Below are positions 1 to 13,660 of a stretch of DNA of 64,000 bases, piece by piece. Made by a program: the position numbers and the translations under genes. Every line of letters begins with the position of its first letter. The first letter of the stretch is position 1. The DNA comes from Mobula birostris (taxonomy: Eukaryota): assembly GCF_030028105.1 (NCBI RefSeq), contig NC_092372.1, positions 168,770,058 through 168,834,057 on the forward strand, given 5' to 3'. The notes below the pieces were generated by a model that saw only the letters and a list, made by a program, of their open reading frames with translations, was not told the DNA's origin and did no database searches.

Positions 1-101
1 TTATGTTTTTTTTAAAATTCTGATGTATTGCAATGCATTGCTACTGCAAAATAACAAATTTCACAACACACGCCAGTGATATTAAACTCGATTCTGATTC
101 T
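1..101 (+). mobile_element. 3' tail of Rex1/Babar-like LINE or derived SINE
   Basis: Ends ...gatattaaactcgattctgattct; a similar tail occurs at about 18220-18297. Confidence 0.5.
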
Positions 102-163
102 CAGTTGATAACTGCAATTTGCTGTCATATAAAGTGTTGGAGTGATTACAATTACTACATTTA

Positions 164-638
164 GATTAGATTAGATTATGAGGACACGCAGTCCTCTTTT
201 AAAGAAATGATACAATGTTCCTCCAGAGTGATATCACAGAAACACAAGACAGACCAAGACTAAAAAACTGACAAAAACCACATAATTATAACATATAGTT
301 ACAACAGCGCAAGCAATACTGTAATTTGATAGAAGAACTGACCATGGACACAGTAAAAAAAAGTCTCAAAGTCTCTCGAAAGACCTACATCTCACGCAGA
401 CAGTAGAAGGAAGAAAAGTCTCCCTGCCATGAGTTTCCAGCACCGCAAACTTGCCGATGCAGCATCCTGGAAGCAGCCGACTACAGTCCGACTCTCAGTC
501 CGTCCGAAAACTTCGAGCCTCCGACCAGCCCTCCGACAGCAAGCACCGAGCACCATCTCTGCCGAGCGCTTCGACCCCAACCCCTGCAACAGGCAAAGCT
601 GAGGATTTGGGGCCTTCCCTCCGAAGATTCTTGATCAC
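164..638 (-). mobile_element. Non-autonomous retroelement with (CTAAT)n tail, inserted in an old CR1 3' end
   Basis: (ttaga)n tail at the left end. 7-bp TSD acattta at 157-163 and 639-645. The flanks rejoin into a CR1 3'-end sequence finishing ttctatgactctatga near 795. Confidence 0.6.
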
Positions 639-1449
639 ACATTTAAGAGGTACTTAGACTTAAGTGGGCAAAGCACAGATAGATACATATCTAGTGCCGG
701 GAGGAAGAAATAATGCAGGTAGGGAATATGTTCTGAATGGACATTGTGGAGCAAAGGTCTCACTTTCTATGGTGCAGAATTCTATGACTCTATGATTGGC
801 TATATTTGTCTTCAAACTGCATCTGGATTCTTCCATACTGTGATCATGGCTTCCTAGAGGATCCTAACTACATATTCATTTATTAATGTTGCCTCATTAC
901 GCATGACTAAATCAAAAGCAGACTGCTCCCAAGTAGGTTCTGTAACATATTGTATGAGAAATAATTCTAATGCACTCCATAATTTTGTCTTCCTGGTCCA
1001 GTGCCAGTTGAATAATTACAATTCCCTTTTAACATGCCTTTGATACTCCTTCATTTATACATTGTTCTGTCGTCAGGCAGTAGAATGGGGCCTAATAGTA
1101 CTCCAACCCATATCTTTGATTTTCTATTTTTCTTTACTTCCACCTAAATTAATTCTGATCCACTCTTCCTACATCATCCCATATCATATGACTGACTTAT
1201 CTTAACAATATCCCCACCTTCCTTTCAGTTGTAGCAGGACTTATAACCCAGGAACCTGATCTGCCATTGACTTTGAGTTCAGCTCAATTGACATGTGTGA
1301 TCTCATAACTAAAGCCTCCCTTCCCAACAAAAATTTCTATTTCAGTTTTAAATATATTCAATGGCTTAACCTCTATAAACTGTCTGGGATACAGAATTCC
1401 AAAAGTTAATACCTCTGTGAGAGAAGAGTTTCCTTCTCAGCTTCGTGTA

Positions 1450-2645
1450 AACATAGAACATAGGCTAGTACAGCACAGTACAGGCTCTTCAGCCCACAAT
1501 GTTGTGACGACCCTCAAACCCTGCCTCCCATATAAGCCCCCACCTTAGATTCCTCCATATACCTGTCTAGTAGTCTCTTAAACTTAACTAGTGTATCTGC
1601 CTCCACCACTGACTCAGGCAGTGCATTCCACGCACCAACCACTCTCTGAGTAAAAAACCTTCCTCTAATATCCCCCTTGAACTTCCCACCCCTTACCTTA
1701 AAGCCATGTCCTCTTGTATTGAACAGTGGTGCCCTGGGAAAGAGGCGCTGGCTATCCACTCTATCTAATCCTCTTATTATCTTGTACACCTCTATCATGT
1801 CTCCTCTCATCCTCCTTCTCTCCAAAGAGTAAAGCCCTAGCTCCCTTAATCTCTGATCATAATGCATACTTTCTAAACCAGGCAGCATCCTGGTAAATTT
1901 CCTCTGTACCCTTTCCAATGCTTCCACATCCTTCCTATAGTGAGGTGACCAGAACTGGACACAGTACTCCAAGTGTGGCCTAACCAGAGTTTTATAGAGC
2001 TGCATCATTACATCGCGACTCTTAAACTCTATCCCTCGATTTATGAAAGCTAACACCCCATAAGCTTTCTTAACTACCCTACCCACCTGTGAGGCAACGT
2101 TCAGGGATCTGTGAACATGTACCCCGAGATCCCTCTGCTCCTGCACACTACCAAGTATCCTGCCATTAACTTTGTACTCTACCTTGGAGTTTGTCCTTCC
2201 AAAGTGTACCACCTCACACTTCTCCGGGTTGAACTCCATCTGCCACTTCTCAGCCCACTTCTGCATCCTATCAATGTCTCTCTGCGATCCTTGACAATCC
2301 TCTACACTATCTACAACACCACCAACCTTTGTGTTGTCTGCAAACTTGCCAACCCACCCTTCTACCCCCACATCCAGGTCGTTAATAAAAATCACGGAAT
2401 GTAGAGGTCTCAGAACAGATCCTTGTGGGACACCACTAGTCACAATCCTCCAATCTGAATGTACTCCCTCCACCACCACCCTCTGCGTTCTGCAGGCAAG
2501 CCAATTCTGAATCCACCTGGCCAAACTTCCCTGGATCCCCATGCCTTCTAACTTTCTGAATAAGCCTACCGTGTGGAACCTTGTCAAATGCCTTACTAAA
2601 ATCCATATAGATCACATCCACTGCACTACCCTCATCTATATGCCA
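1450..2645 (-). mobile_element. Young 5'-truncated CR1 LINE (family A), RT C-terminal half
   Basis: ORFs 2436-2621 (YMDFSKAFDKVPH) and 1514-2587 (SGVPQGSVL, KFADNTK, VRPHLEYCVQFWSP) with one frameshift; ttctatgt tail. Confidence 0.95.
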
Positions 2646-2810
2646 TCATAAAATGGATGAACATTCATTTTGGAAAGGTGTTCCCTAGTGCTGACTCAAC
2701 CTGTGGGATAAAACATCCTCTCAGCATCCACTTAAAGAAGCTCACTTAGGTCACCTCTCATTCTTCTAAAAAACAGTTAATTATCAGCCCAACCAGCTCA
2801 ACAGATGACA

Positions 2811-3331
2811 GCTCAGTTCAGGTCACCTCACTACAGGAAGGACGTGGAAACCATAGAAAGGGTGCACAGGAGATTTACAAGGATGTTGCCTGGATTGGGG
2901 AGCATGCCTTATGAGTATAGGTTGAGTGAACTCGGCCTTTTCTCCTTAAAGTGACGGGGGATGAGAGGTGACCTGATAGAGGTGTACAAGATAATGAGAG
3001 GCATTGATCGTGTGGATAGTCAAAGGCTTTTTCCCCAGGGCTGAAATGGCTAGTACAAGAGTGCACAGTTTTAAGATGCTTTGAAGTGGTACAGAGGAGA
3101 TGTCAGGGGTAAGATTTTTACACAGAGTGGTAAGTGCGTGGAATGGGCTGCCGGCGGTGGTGGTGGAGGTTGAAATGATAGGGTCTTTTATGAGACTCCT
3201 GGACGGATACATGGAGCTTAGAAAAATAGAGGGCTATGGGTAAGCCTAGGTAGTTCTAAGGTAAGGACATGTTCGGCACAGCTTTGTGGGCCAAAGGGAC
3301 TTTATTGTGTTGTAGGTTTTCTATGTTTCTA
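2811..3331 (+). mobile_element. CR1 family B 3' fragment (about 520 bp)
   Basis: Encodes SPHYRKDVETIERV...ELRKIEGYG; tail ttctatgtttcta. Confidence 0.9.
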
Positions 3332-3339
3332 ACTCCTTC

Positions 3340-5475
3340 AAATCAACCTAACGAAAGCTCTTCTGCATTGCCCAATGCAGATTTACCCCTCTTTATATAA
3401 GAGCAAAGCTCTACCCAATACTCTAGGTGTAATCTCACTGAGGCCCTGTACATTTGTAGTAAAGTTACCCTTTCTTTGCATTCTATTCTGATTGCAATGA
3501 GGGCATTTGTTCCTTTTACTTTTCTATATCATTATTGCATCTACATGCCAACATCATGTATCTTATGTATGAGGGCACAGTAAGGCACCATTCTGTCAGT
3601 TTTCTCCTTTAAGGTAATATTTAGGTTTTCTATTCTTCCTACCAAAATGGAAAACCTCATATTCTTCCATGTTACTCCATCCATCCTAGCAATTGCAACA
3701 AACTTGACTTGGTCCTTTCATTAAGTTGTTAAGATACAATGTAAATAGTTGATGCCCTAGCATTGATTCCTGCAACAACATATATATTCTGGCTTGCCTA
3801 TCTGAAAATAATGCAATTATCCAGAATTATTTTATTCTGTTAGTTAACCAATCCTCTATCCATGTTGCATATTACTCCTAATGCCATGAGCTCATATCTT
3901 GTATAGTAACATTTTATGTGGCACTTTATCAAATGCCTTTTAGGAATCTAAACATCTGCTGCTTCCCTTATCCATCCTGCTTGTTACATTCTCAATGAGC
4001 TTTAGCAAATTTGTCAGCATGATTTTTCTTTCATAAGACCATATTGACTTGGCTTAATTACATGATGATATGCTACCATGTCTTTAATAATGAATTCTAG
4101 CAGTTTACCCATGACAGATGTCAGGTTAACATGAGTGTAGTTTCCTGCTTTTTGTTTCCTTTCTTATCTGAATAGGGAAATTTATGATACTTCAACATGC
4201 TGTAACCTTTACAGATTCTATGGAATGTTAGAAGAAGTTTTCACTCTACCTCCAACAACTCCTTTTAAGGTCTATGGATGTAGGCATCATGTCCAGGGAA
4301 CCTTTCAGCCTTTAATCCCATGAGTCTGTTTAATAGTCTTTTCCCAGCAATAATGACGGCTTGAAGGTTTTCGCAATCTTTGTTCCTTGATTTTCTCCAA
4401 TTAATTGGATGCTTTTACCATGAAGACATACAATATATTTGTTCAAAATCTCTGCTATTTTCTCATTTCTCAGTTTCATCTTCTATGGGGCAAACTTTTG
4501 CTTTTGCTATTCTTTTTATATTTGCATAGAAATTCTCTTTCGATATGGTGTCATCCTCAACTCCGCTTTCGTGGATGGATCATCCTTTTCACTGTCTTTT
4601 CCTCAGTGGAGTACACTTTTGTTGAGAATTAGGAAATACTACTTTAAATGCCTGCAATTTCTTATCTTCTTACCTAAATAAACTATTTTCCCTGTCCACA
4701 TTAGCCAGTTCTCCCAAACTGCCCTCCACAACCCACTTCCTTTGGTAGCTCCTTCTACATAGATACCACCCTTTTTGTGAAAAAAATGAAGTTGCTCTTC
4801 AAACTACTATTAAGTCTTTCCCCTCTTACTTTAAACATAGGCCTTTTAGTTCTTGATTCTCCTACACTGGGAAAAAAGATTTCACTGCATCCATCCTCTT
4901 CATTTTATACACCTCTCAGTCTCCTATGCTATCTAGAATAAATTCAAAGCCTGTCCGACTTCTCTTTACGACTCAATCCCTCAAGACCTTGCAGCATATT
5001 TGTAAATCTGATCTGCACCCTTTCTAGATTAATACCATCTCTGCTATAGCAAGGTGACCAAAACTGAAGTTAAGATGTGTGACAGTCTTCTACGATTGAA
5101 TATCTATCCAATTTTCACCCTCCTTGATGCATTGCTGTTTCTGAAGTTTGTGTTCCAATTCACCATCACCTTGCATGGAGCCAGAGGCAAGAACTTCCCT
5201 GTTGTCAGGAAATTCTGGGGCAGATTCAGGAGAGAGACATAAGAGATCACAGGTTTGTGGTTGATAATGCTGTGGATAGTGTAGAACAGATTGTGGAGAA
5301 AGTTTGTGCAGATTGTGCAACTTTGACGGATCTATATATGCATACCTTAAAATCCCTCTGTTCCTCCATACTGTTAAGAATCCTGCCATTAACCCTATAT
5401 TGTGCCTTCAACTTTAACCTTCCAAAGTGAATCACTTCACACTTTATCAGACTGAACTCTATCTGCATCTCTTAG
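3340..5475 (-). mobile_element. Mosaic of old, decayed CR1 ORF2 fragments
   Basis: Remnant motifs such as KCEVIHFGR (ORF 5247-5468) and an AFDKVPH-like stretch near 3915-3945; many stops and indels. Confidence 0.7.
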
Positions 5476-5725
5476 ATGTTGGAATCTACAGCAACAATAT
5501 GCTTTAGGAACTCAGAAGAAAAGAACTGCAGAGGTATCAAGTCGAGACCCTGCATCAGGACCATGAAGGAGAATTACTTGAGCAACATCTATGTGGGGTG
5601 GGGGAGGAGAGTTGGAGAGGGAGCGCAAGAGAGAGAAAGGGAGTGTGAAAGAGTGAGAGACAGAATGAATCTCCAACCTCTCTAACCCCTCCAGACGCTG
5701 CCAAATCTGAGTTCCCCCAGAATGT
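5476..5725. mobile_element. Penelope-derived terminal repeat remnants in inverted arrangement
   Basis: gagaccctgcatcaggac at about 5543-5560 is a degenerate hammerhead-type core on the minus strand; opposite-orientation cagacgctgcc...gagttcccccag near 5692-5720. Confidence 0.5.
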
Positions 5726-6264
5726 AGCATAGTGGTACAGGAGGACAAACACAACAATGAAACACAACAGGTGAAAAAAATGATGTGAGAAGGAATATGA
5801 ATATCTGTTTGAATACATAAAATGTTCAAACCCGAATGTTTGCTTTGCTCAGACCCCTTACACAGGCCAATAAAAATGGAGGTACCACATTGAGGTGTTC
5901 AGGCTATAATTATCAATTTGATAAATTATCAAAAAATTATCTTCTGTAATGATACATTTGGGCATAGTGTTCATCTCTAGATTACTTCAGTTATATCGGG
6001 ATACAAGATCAATTTTTAATGAACTGACATTGTCAAAGATATCATTAAATCTCCTTATTGCACATATCCAAGGAGACAAAATTCCTTAGTAGTGCAGAAA
6101 AAGATGATATACAGTAGAACATAAACACTATAGCACAGTACAAGCCCTGAGGCCCATGACCCTTTAACTTACTCCAAGATCAATCTAAGCCTTTTCAGCC
6201 ACATAGCCTTCCATTACTCTTTCATCTATGTGCCGATCTAAGAGTCTCTACGATGTCTCTAATG

Positions 6265-6343
6265 CAGGGGTTCCCAATGTATTTTATGCTATGGACACTG
6301 ACCATTAACTAAGGGGTCTGTAGACACCAGGTTGGGAACTCTG
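6265..6343. mobile_element. 79-bp hAT (Charlie/MER5-like) MITE
   Basis: TIRs caggggttcccaa / ttgggaactctg; 8-bp TSD ctctaatg (6257-6264) versus ctctaaag (6344-6351). Confidence 0.85.
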
Positions 6344-7033
6344 CTCTAAAGTATCTGCCTCTTCTCACCATCCCTGCCAGTGTGTTGTACACACTCACCA
6401 CTCTCTCTGTAAAATCTACTTCTGACATTCCCCCCCCCCTCCCCATATGCTCCAACTACTACCACCCTCTGCCTTCTGTTGGCAAGCTAATTCTGAATCC
6501 ATGCTGTCAAGTTTCCTTGGATCCCATGCCTCCTGACGTTCTGAATGAGCCTACTACCATGAGAAACCTTGCTGAACACTTGACTAAAATCCACATTCAC
6601 GCAACCATTGCTCTATCTTCATCAATTTGTTTTGTCAATTCCTCTTAATCGATCAGGCTCATGAGGCATCACCTGTCCCTCACAAAGCCATGTTGACTAC
6701 CTGTAATCAGATTATGTTTCTCCACATGCTCATAAATCCTGTCTCTAAGAATCCTCACCAATAGTTTGCCCACCACTGATGCAAGACTCACTGATTAATA
6801 ATCACCAGAGTTATCCCTATTACTTTTCTTGAACAAAGAAATAGCACTTGATCAACCTCAAATCTTCTGGTACTACTCCTGTGGCCAGTGAGGATGCAAA
6901 GATCTTTACCAAGGCACAGCAATCTTTTCACTTGCTTCCCATAGTAAGCTAGTGTATATACAGTCGGGCCCTGGGGACTTAACTACCTTTATATCTTTCA
7001 AATGTTTCAGCACATCTTGATTAACACTGAGAT

Positions 7034-8997
7034 GTTCTAGTATTTCTGGATCATTGGGAAGGTATGACTTGTACTAAAAGACGGGTTACACTGGAACCCA
7101 AGGGAGACCAATACCACTGCGGCCAAGTTTGCTTGAGCAGTTGAGGAGGGTTTAAATTAACTTGTCAGGGGCATGGGGACAAGAAAAATAGGGCTGAGGA
7201 TGGGATAGTTGGTATACAAGAAGATGCAGTATGTAGTGAGATGGTGGGGAAGGTCAGGCAGATGACTGAGCAAAATTTCAGTCAGTGTAACATGGGGGCA
7301 AAATCAAAAGCGGTGATGAATACAGTTCTGAAGATGTTATATTTCAATACACGCAGAAAATGGAATAGAGCAGATGATCTTGTAGCACAGTTAGAAATTG
7401 GCAAGTATGACGTTGTGGGCATCACTGAGTCATGGCTGAAAGAAGATCATAGTTGGCAGCTTAATATCCAAGGATGCACCTTGTATTGAAAGGACAGACA
7501 GTTAGGCAGAGGGTGTGGGGTGGCTCTGCTAGTAAAAATGAAATCAAAGCCTCAGGAAAGAGATGATACGGGATCAAAAGATGTAGAATCATTGTGGGTA
7601 GAGTTAAGAAACTGTAAGGGTGAAAAGAACCTTGTGGGAGTTACATACAGGCCTCCGAACAGTAGCCAGAACGTGAGATATAAATTACAACAGGAGATAG
7701 AAAAAGGCAATGTTACCATAGTCATGGGGGTCTTCAAAATGCTGGGAAAATCAGGTTGATGCTGGATCCCAAGAGAGGGAATATGTAGAATGCCTATGAA
7801 ATGGCTTTTTAGAGCAGCTTGAAGTTGAGCCCATGAAGGGAAGGCAATCCTAGAGTGGGTGTTGTGCAATGAACTAGATTTGAGTAGGGAGCTTAAGGTA
7901 AAGGACCTCTTGGGAGGCAGTGATCACAGTATGATAGAATTCACCATGCAGTTTGAAAAACACAAGTCTGATGTATCAGAATTAAAGGGAATTACAGAGG
8001 CATGAGAGAGGAGCTAGCCAAAGTTGATTGGAAGGAAATACCAGTAGGATGATGGCTGAACAGTAATAGCTGGTGCTTCGAGGGCAATTCAGAAAGCGTA
8101 GGATAAATACATCCCAAAGGTGGAGGGCCGCTGGTAGCAAAGAAGCAGGACATCCGCAAAAGGACTGATTAGGAGAATGGGCAAAAAAGTCACAGATGGA
8201 ACATAATATAGGTAAGTGTATGGTCATGCACTTTGGTAGAGGGAGCAAAGATGTACATGGGAAAAAATTTAAAAATCAGAGGAACAAAGGGATTTGGAAG
8301 TCCTTCTGCAGTATTAACTTGCAGGTTGAGTCTGTTGGAAGAATGTCAAATGCAATGTTAGCATTTATTTTCAGAGGACAAGAATAAAAGAGCAAGGATG
8401 TGATGCTGAGGCTTTATAAGGCATTGGGCAGACCACACTTGAAATATTGCAAGCAATGTTGGGTCTCTTCTTTAAGAAAAAATGTGCTGGTATTGGAGGG
8501 GGTCCAGAGGATGTTCAGGAGATTGATTTTGGGAATGAAAGCATTGACGTATTAGTAGTGTTTGATGGCTCTGGGCCTGTATTCACCAAAGCTTAGAAGA
8601 ATGGGAGGGGGGGAATCTCATTGAAACCTATAAAATATTGAAAGGCCTAGATGAAGTGGATATGGAGAGTATAGTTCCTTTTGTGGGTAAGTCTAGGACC
8701 AAAGAACATAGCCTCAGAACAGAGAGAGATTTAAATTTAGAACAGAGATTGGGGGGAATTTCTTTAGCCAGAGAGTGGTGAATCTCAGAATTTCAATGCC
8801 ATGGATGACTTTGGAGGCCAGTCATTGAGTATATTTAAAGTGAAGGTTGATAGGTTCTTGATTAGTCAGGGCACTAAAGGGTATGGGAAGAAGGCAGGAA
8901 AATGGAGTTGAAAGGGATAATAAGTCAGCCATGATGGAATGGTGTATCAGATCTGACGGGCTGAATGGCCTAATTCTGCTCCTTTGTCTTACGGTCT
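7034..8997 (+). mobile_element. Internally deleted CR1 nested in the minus-strand CR1
   Basis: Endonuclease motifs LYFNTR, YDVVGITESWL, VGVTYRPPNS; RT tail KCMVMHFGR; 3' end gtcttacggtcttat. Confidence 0.85.
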
Positions 8998-11900
8998 TAT
9001 ATCAGCTTATTCTACACTGACCTCACATTTGTCAAGGTTATGCTTTTATCCCTGATTCCCTTCTCTCACTTTGTCCTGGCCTTCTTATATGTGTAAAACA
9101 CCTTGAAGTTTTCCTTAAACCTACTTATCAAGGCCTTCCCTTGTCCCTTTCTTGATATCCTAAATCCATTCTTAAGCTCTTTCCTGGTTACCTTGTAACC
9201 CTCAAGAGCCCTGTCTGATCCTCGTTTTCTAAACCTCAAGTATGCTTCTTCCTTCATCTTGACTAGATGTTCCACATCTCATCAACCATGATTCCTTCAC
9301 CCTACTATCCCTTCTCTGCTGCGATGGGACAAACCTATCCAAAACCCCATGCAAGTGCACACTCAACAAACTCCAAGTTTCTGTTGGGTATTTCTCTGAG
9401 TATATCTGTTCTCAATTTATGCTTCCAAGTTCCTGCCTAATAGCAACATAATTTGCCCTCCCCCAATTAAATACTTTCCCATACTGTCTATTCCTATCCC
9501 TCTGCAAGGCTATGTTAAGGGTCTGTGTCTCTGAAATGTTCACCCACTGAGTGTTTTGTCACCTGACTAGGTTCATTGTTTAGTATCAGATCCAATATGG
9601 ATTTTACTCTAGTCGGCCTATCTACAAATATATCAGGAATCTTTCCAGAACACAGCTAACAAACTCCGCCCCATATAAACCTTTTGAACTAGGAAGATTC
9701 CAATCAATATTAGGGAAGTTGAAGCCACCCATGACAACAACTCTCTTACTTTTCGCTTACTTCAAGAATTTGCCTCCCAATCTACACCTCAGTGTCCCTA
9801 TTGCCATTGGGAGTTTGATTAATTATCCAATAGTGTGATTGCTCCTTCGCTCTTTCTTATTTCCACCCATACTGACTCAGTAGACAATCCCTCTAATGAT
9901 GTCCTCACTTTTTGTAGCTGTAATTCTATCCCTGGTTAGTAATGCCACTCCCCCATATCCTTTACCTCCCCCTCTGTCCCTTTTGAAACATGTAACCTCA
10001 GAACATCCAGTAGCCATTCCTGCTCATGTGACAGCCAAGTTCCTGAAAGGACACAACTTTGTACTTCTCATATTAAATCAGACACATTTCAATCCACCCA
10101 ATTGACTACAATTATGCCCTTTCCACTGCCTATCCTTCCTCACAGTCTCTCTACATGCTGTATCAACCTTCACAAACTGCCCCACCTGCTGACCTATCAT
10201 TCTGGTTTCTATCTCCAAACTGTGTAAACTGCCAGATATTTAAACCCTCCTCAACACCTGCCCGTAAGAATATCAGTTTCCTTCAATTTAAGCTGTAACC
10301 TATCCCTTTCCTACAGGCCATACCTTCCCCAGAAGTGATTCCATTGATCCACAAATCTGAAGCCAACTTGTTACCCTCGTTGGCACATTGCACAGGCAGT
10401 AATCCAGAGATTCTTAGCTTCCAGGTTCTACTTGTCAGTTTCTTACCTAGTTCCTCATATTGTCTCTTCAGGACCTTATCCCTTTTCCTACCTATGTTAT
10501 TGGTACCAATATACACCACAACTTCTGGCTGCACACCCTCTTTCTTAAGAATGCTGGGGTCCTTATCTGAGATGTCCCTGATCTTGGCAGCTGGGAGGCA
10601 ATAAAGTCTCCTGTCTGTTCCCCTAACTACTGAACTCCTGTTAACACTTCTCTATTCTTCTCTCCCCCCGCTTTCCCTTCTGAGCCACAAAACCAGACTG
10701 GGAGCCACAGACCTCGACTCTACAGCTTTCTCCTGGTGGGTCGATTCCAACCCTCCGCCCTCCCATCAGTATCTAAAATGGTATACTTGTTATTGAGGAG
10801 AACAGCCACAGGAGTACTCTATGCCGTTTCTGTCTATTTCTTTTCCCTCTCCTGACAGTTACCCAGCTACCTGCCTCCTACAACTTAGACGTGTTTACCT
10901 CCTTGTAGTTCTTATCTATCACCGACTCATTCTCTCATATGGGCTGAAGGTCACTCAGCTCCACCTGCAGCTCCAATTCCCTCATACAATATATAAGGAG
11001 CTGCACTCAATGCATTTCTTGCAGATGTAGCAACCAGGAAAACTAGAGGCCTCATAGATTTCCCACATCTTGCATGGAAAGCACACCTGAGATCCATTTT
11101 CACTATTCTAGCTAGGTATTCATAGACAAAGAGAAACCTCAACTTAGCCTCTGCCCCTTCTCCATGACGCCTCTGGAGCTAAAGCGTCAAGCTCCCCCAC
11201 CCTAATACTATCCTATTTGCATATGGCCCCTCCACTAAAATCTAACTGCTTTTTATTAGCTCTTGCCAAGTCCCTATTAAGCCAAACTATCTCAATCTCT
11301 GCAGAAAGGCCACTGATATGAACAAATATAATAATGAAAAATTTTAAGGTGTAAATATAAAATGTGTATGAGGAGACATTGGGAGGACTACATGAAAATA
11401 ATAGTTAACCGTTCTTAAAGATACAATGCAATATTGCAGCAATTCCAGGCAGAAAACTCATAAGCCTTCAGTACGTCAAACACTGACAGGCAAGCATTAA
11501 GCACATTTTTTAGATTATTAACAGAGTTTATGATGAGTTGTCTTCAAGTGATGATGTTTCATTAATCATGACAGAATTTTTCAAATAATTTTATAACTCT
11601 AGCTTGCACTGCAGAAGCACACAGGCAAAATCAAACTGAAAAGGTGCTGAAAAGGTTACAAATGCAGAATAAGTGACTGAATGAGAATTCAGTAACTCCT
11701 GGTTTACAGATTTATAACAGGACATTCATCCATTGAACAAAACCACCTGCCTTATGACTGTACTGCTCATTGGGAATTTAACAAGCAATGTTTTCCTGGC
11801 CATGCATGAATTAGCCTACTGTATATATTTTGTATTTTGTTCTGAAAATAAACTTTGATTAGAAGCTAATGAAAAGGTTGTACTTGTTAAGCCACTAAAC

Positions 11901-12153
11901 TACAGTGCATTCTAGTAATTTTACTTTCTTTTAAAACTACAAGAAACTTGGAATTAAAGTATTCACTTAGAGCAGTCAATTTGTCATTGACAAGATCTTT
12001 ATAGACTGTGGATAGTATTCTTTTTTATATATATTATTGTTGTTAAGCAAAATCACCAGCAAATCCCACTTGAGTAATTCTCGTATTTCTTTTATATAAT
12101 AAATTACACTTAATTCTGATGTCCAAATTCAGTTTTTCAGGAAAAACCTTTAC

Positions 12154-12179
12154 CTTTTAACAAGCTCCTTTGTCAGTAA
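12154..12179 (-). CDS. Putative 26-nt exon of unidentified host gene (LLTKELVK)
   Basis: ttctctttatataatattag|...AAG|gtaaag; phase 0 to 2, in frame with the upstream exon chain. Confidence 0.55.
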
Positions 12180-12762
12180 CTAATATTATATAAAGAGAAA
12201 TGATGACAATTTGGGTGAATGTTAACAGAGTATCTGCAAGGATTTATCTCCCTTGGGACATGCATGGTTTATAATACAAGATATCACTTGCTAAAGTGAA
12301 ACAAAACTGTAAATTAATCATGTTACTTTATAGCTAGTTTTTCATCCCTCCTTCACTGTTCCATCCTGTCAAAATCTACCAAGATAAGATTGATCACCAT
12401 GTAAATAAGTTAACATCATAGCATACATGATATACACACCAATCTTATTTAAAACAAACTAGATGCTTGAAGGAACCAACTTTCAACAAAGGCTTTAAAT
12501 CTACATTATATTTGAAATAATTAGACATTATTTTACTTGATGGTGTTCATAAAAGAATGTTTTTTATATAAATAAAATGTATTGACGGTGGCAGCAGGAT
12601 AGATTTAAACCCATAATATTTGCAAATCAGTAACCATCAGAAACAGAATAACATTAATATTCTGTGATGCAACATTAATATTCTGTATCACTTTACCATA
12701 AGCAGAAACATAATGGCATTCCTTGTATCTCTGATACTTTTTATACCATTATTGTCCCTTAC

Positions 12763-12815
12763 TGAATCGCCTCTCAGAAGTAAATTGGTACATTCTGATT
12801 CAACTTCTATCAGCA
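12763..12815 (-). CDS. Putative 53-nt exon of unidentified host gene (LIEVESECTNLLLRGDS)
   Basis: cttattttcttag|...TCA|gtaagg; phase 1 to 0. Confidence 0.6.
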
Positions 12816-12944
12816 CTAAGAAAATAAGTCTCATAAAATTTGATTACAGTTAGCCACAGAACTATGAGTCACAAGGAAAAGTAATATATTTCTGAGATTA
12901 AACAAAAAACTTAATTGGCTGTCTAAATTTAGAGATTCACTTTG

Positions 12945-13312
12945 TTCATTGAAATCTTTCAAGTGTGTGATCACTCAGCATAAAACTAAGGAAATGCTTC
13001 ATTATCAGAGGAGTCACCAGACTGATGAAAAGTTAAACAGAAGTCTTATTGCTCTCTTGGTTGAATGGAAATATCTATTGCTCAAACAAACACTGGTATC
13101 AATCTTGATGTACTGGTCAACATTAAATCCTCATTCAACATGTCTACAATTTTCTGGCCATTTCTTTCTGAAGCTTTATGTTGAATCTCATTAGGCATAC
13201 ATTACTTGCTACATTTCCACTTACAAAACACTGACTACATTTCAAAACATAACTATGGCTATATATTGTTATAGATTATGAAAAGAATTATATAAATGCA
13301 TGTTGTTTCTTT
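12945..13312 (+). mobile_element. Decayed Deu-domain SINE (SacSINE/AmnSINE-related)
   Basis: Resembles the Deu SINE body and 3' end as I recall it (ctgactacatttcaaaa...tataaatgca); a clearer 3' end sits at 35150-35325. Confidence 0.5.
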
Positions 13313-13590
13313 GCATCAGTTTGAAAGACTTAATATCCAATTGAGGAATTACAGAAACAATAAGATGATTAGCCTTGCTGAATGTTCTGTCACGGTTCTC
13401 GTGTTATACAGTATAAAACAATAACTACATCTTAAAAATACTTGAGATTCAAAATATTCCATATACACAAAAACAAATATTAATTCAGAATAAGTTATCA
13501 AAGAACAAAAACAAACTTTTTTATTTTGTTTCAGCTGAGTACAATACAAGGAAATCAGCAATGAACTTATTCTGTAGGTGAAAAATATAC

Positions 13591-13660
13591 CTATAACAGC
13601 TGTATTTTCCACTGTCCAATACTGATTGCAATTTGGTTTCCTCATTTTCATTATTCTCAC
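13591..13660 (-). CDS. Putative 70-nt exon of unidentified host gene (VRIMKMRKPNCNQYWTVENTAVI, or alternative frame GENNENEETKLQSVLDSGKYSCY)
   Basis: Strong acceptor ttttgcttctgtgttctgcag and donor TAG|gtatat; two frames are open. Confidence 0.65.

Larger units (their letters stand above)
6115..11200 (-). mobile_element. Long, internally deleted CR1 (ORF1 zinc finger and SGNH esterase, ORF2 fragments, 3' tail), split by a second CR1
   Basis: VVVYIGTNNIG esterase motif (ORF 10283-10534); cysteine-rich ORF1 start near 11000-11080; 3' tail at about 6115. Sequence before 7033 continues colinearly at about 9001 when compared with the CR1 at 63370-63420. Confidence 0.8.

Noticed and set aside
13594-13625. 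DSGKYSC as an immunoglobulin-domain motif
   Set aside because: The upstream residues are acidic and disordered, with no first Cys or Trp of an Ig fold; probably chance.
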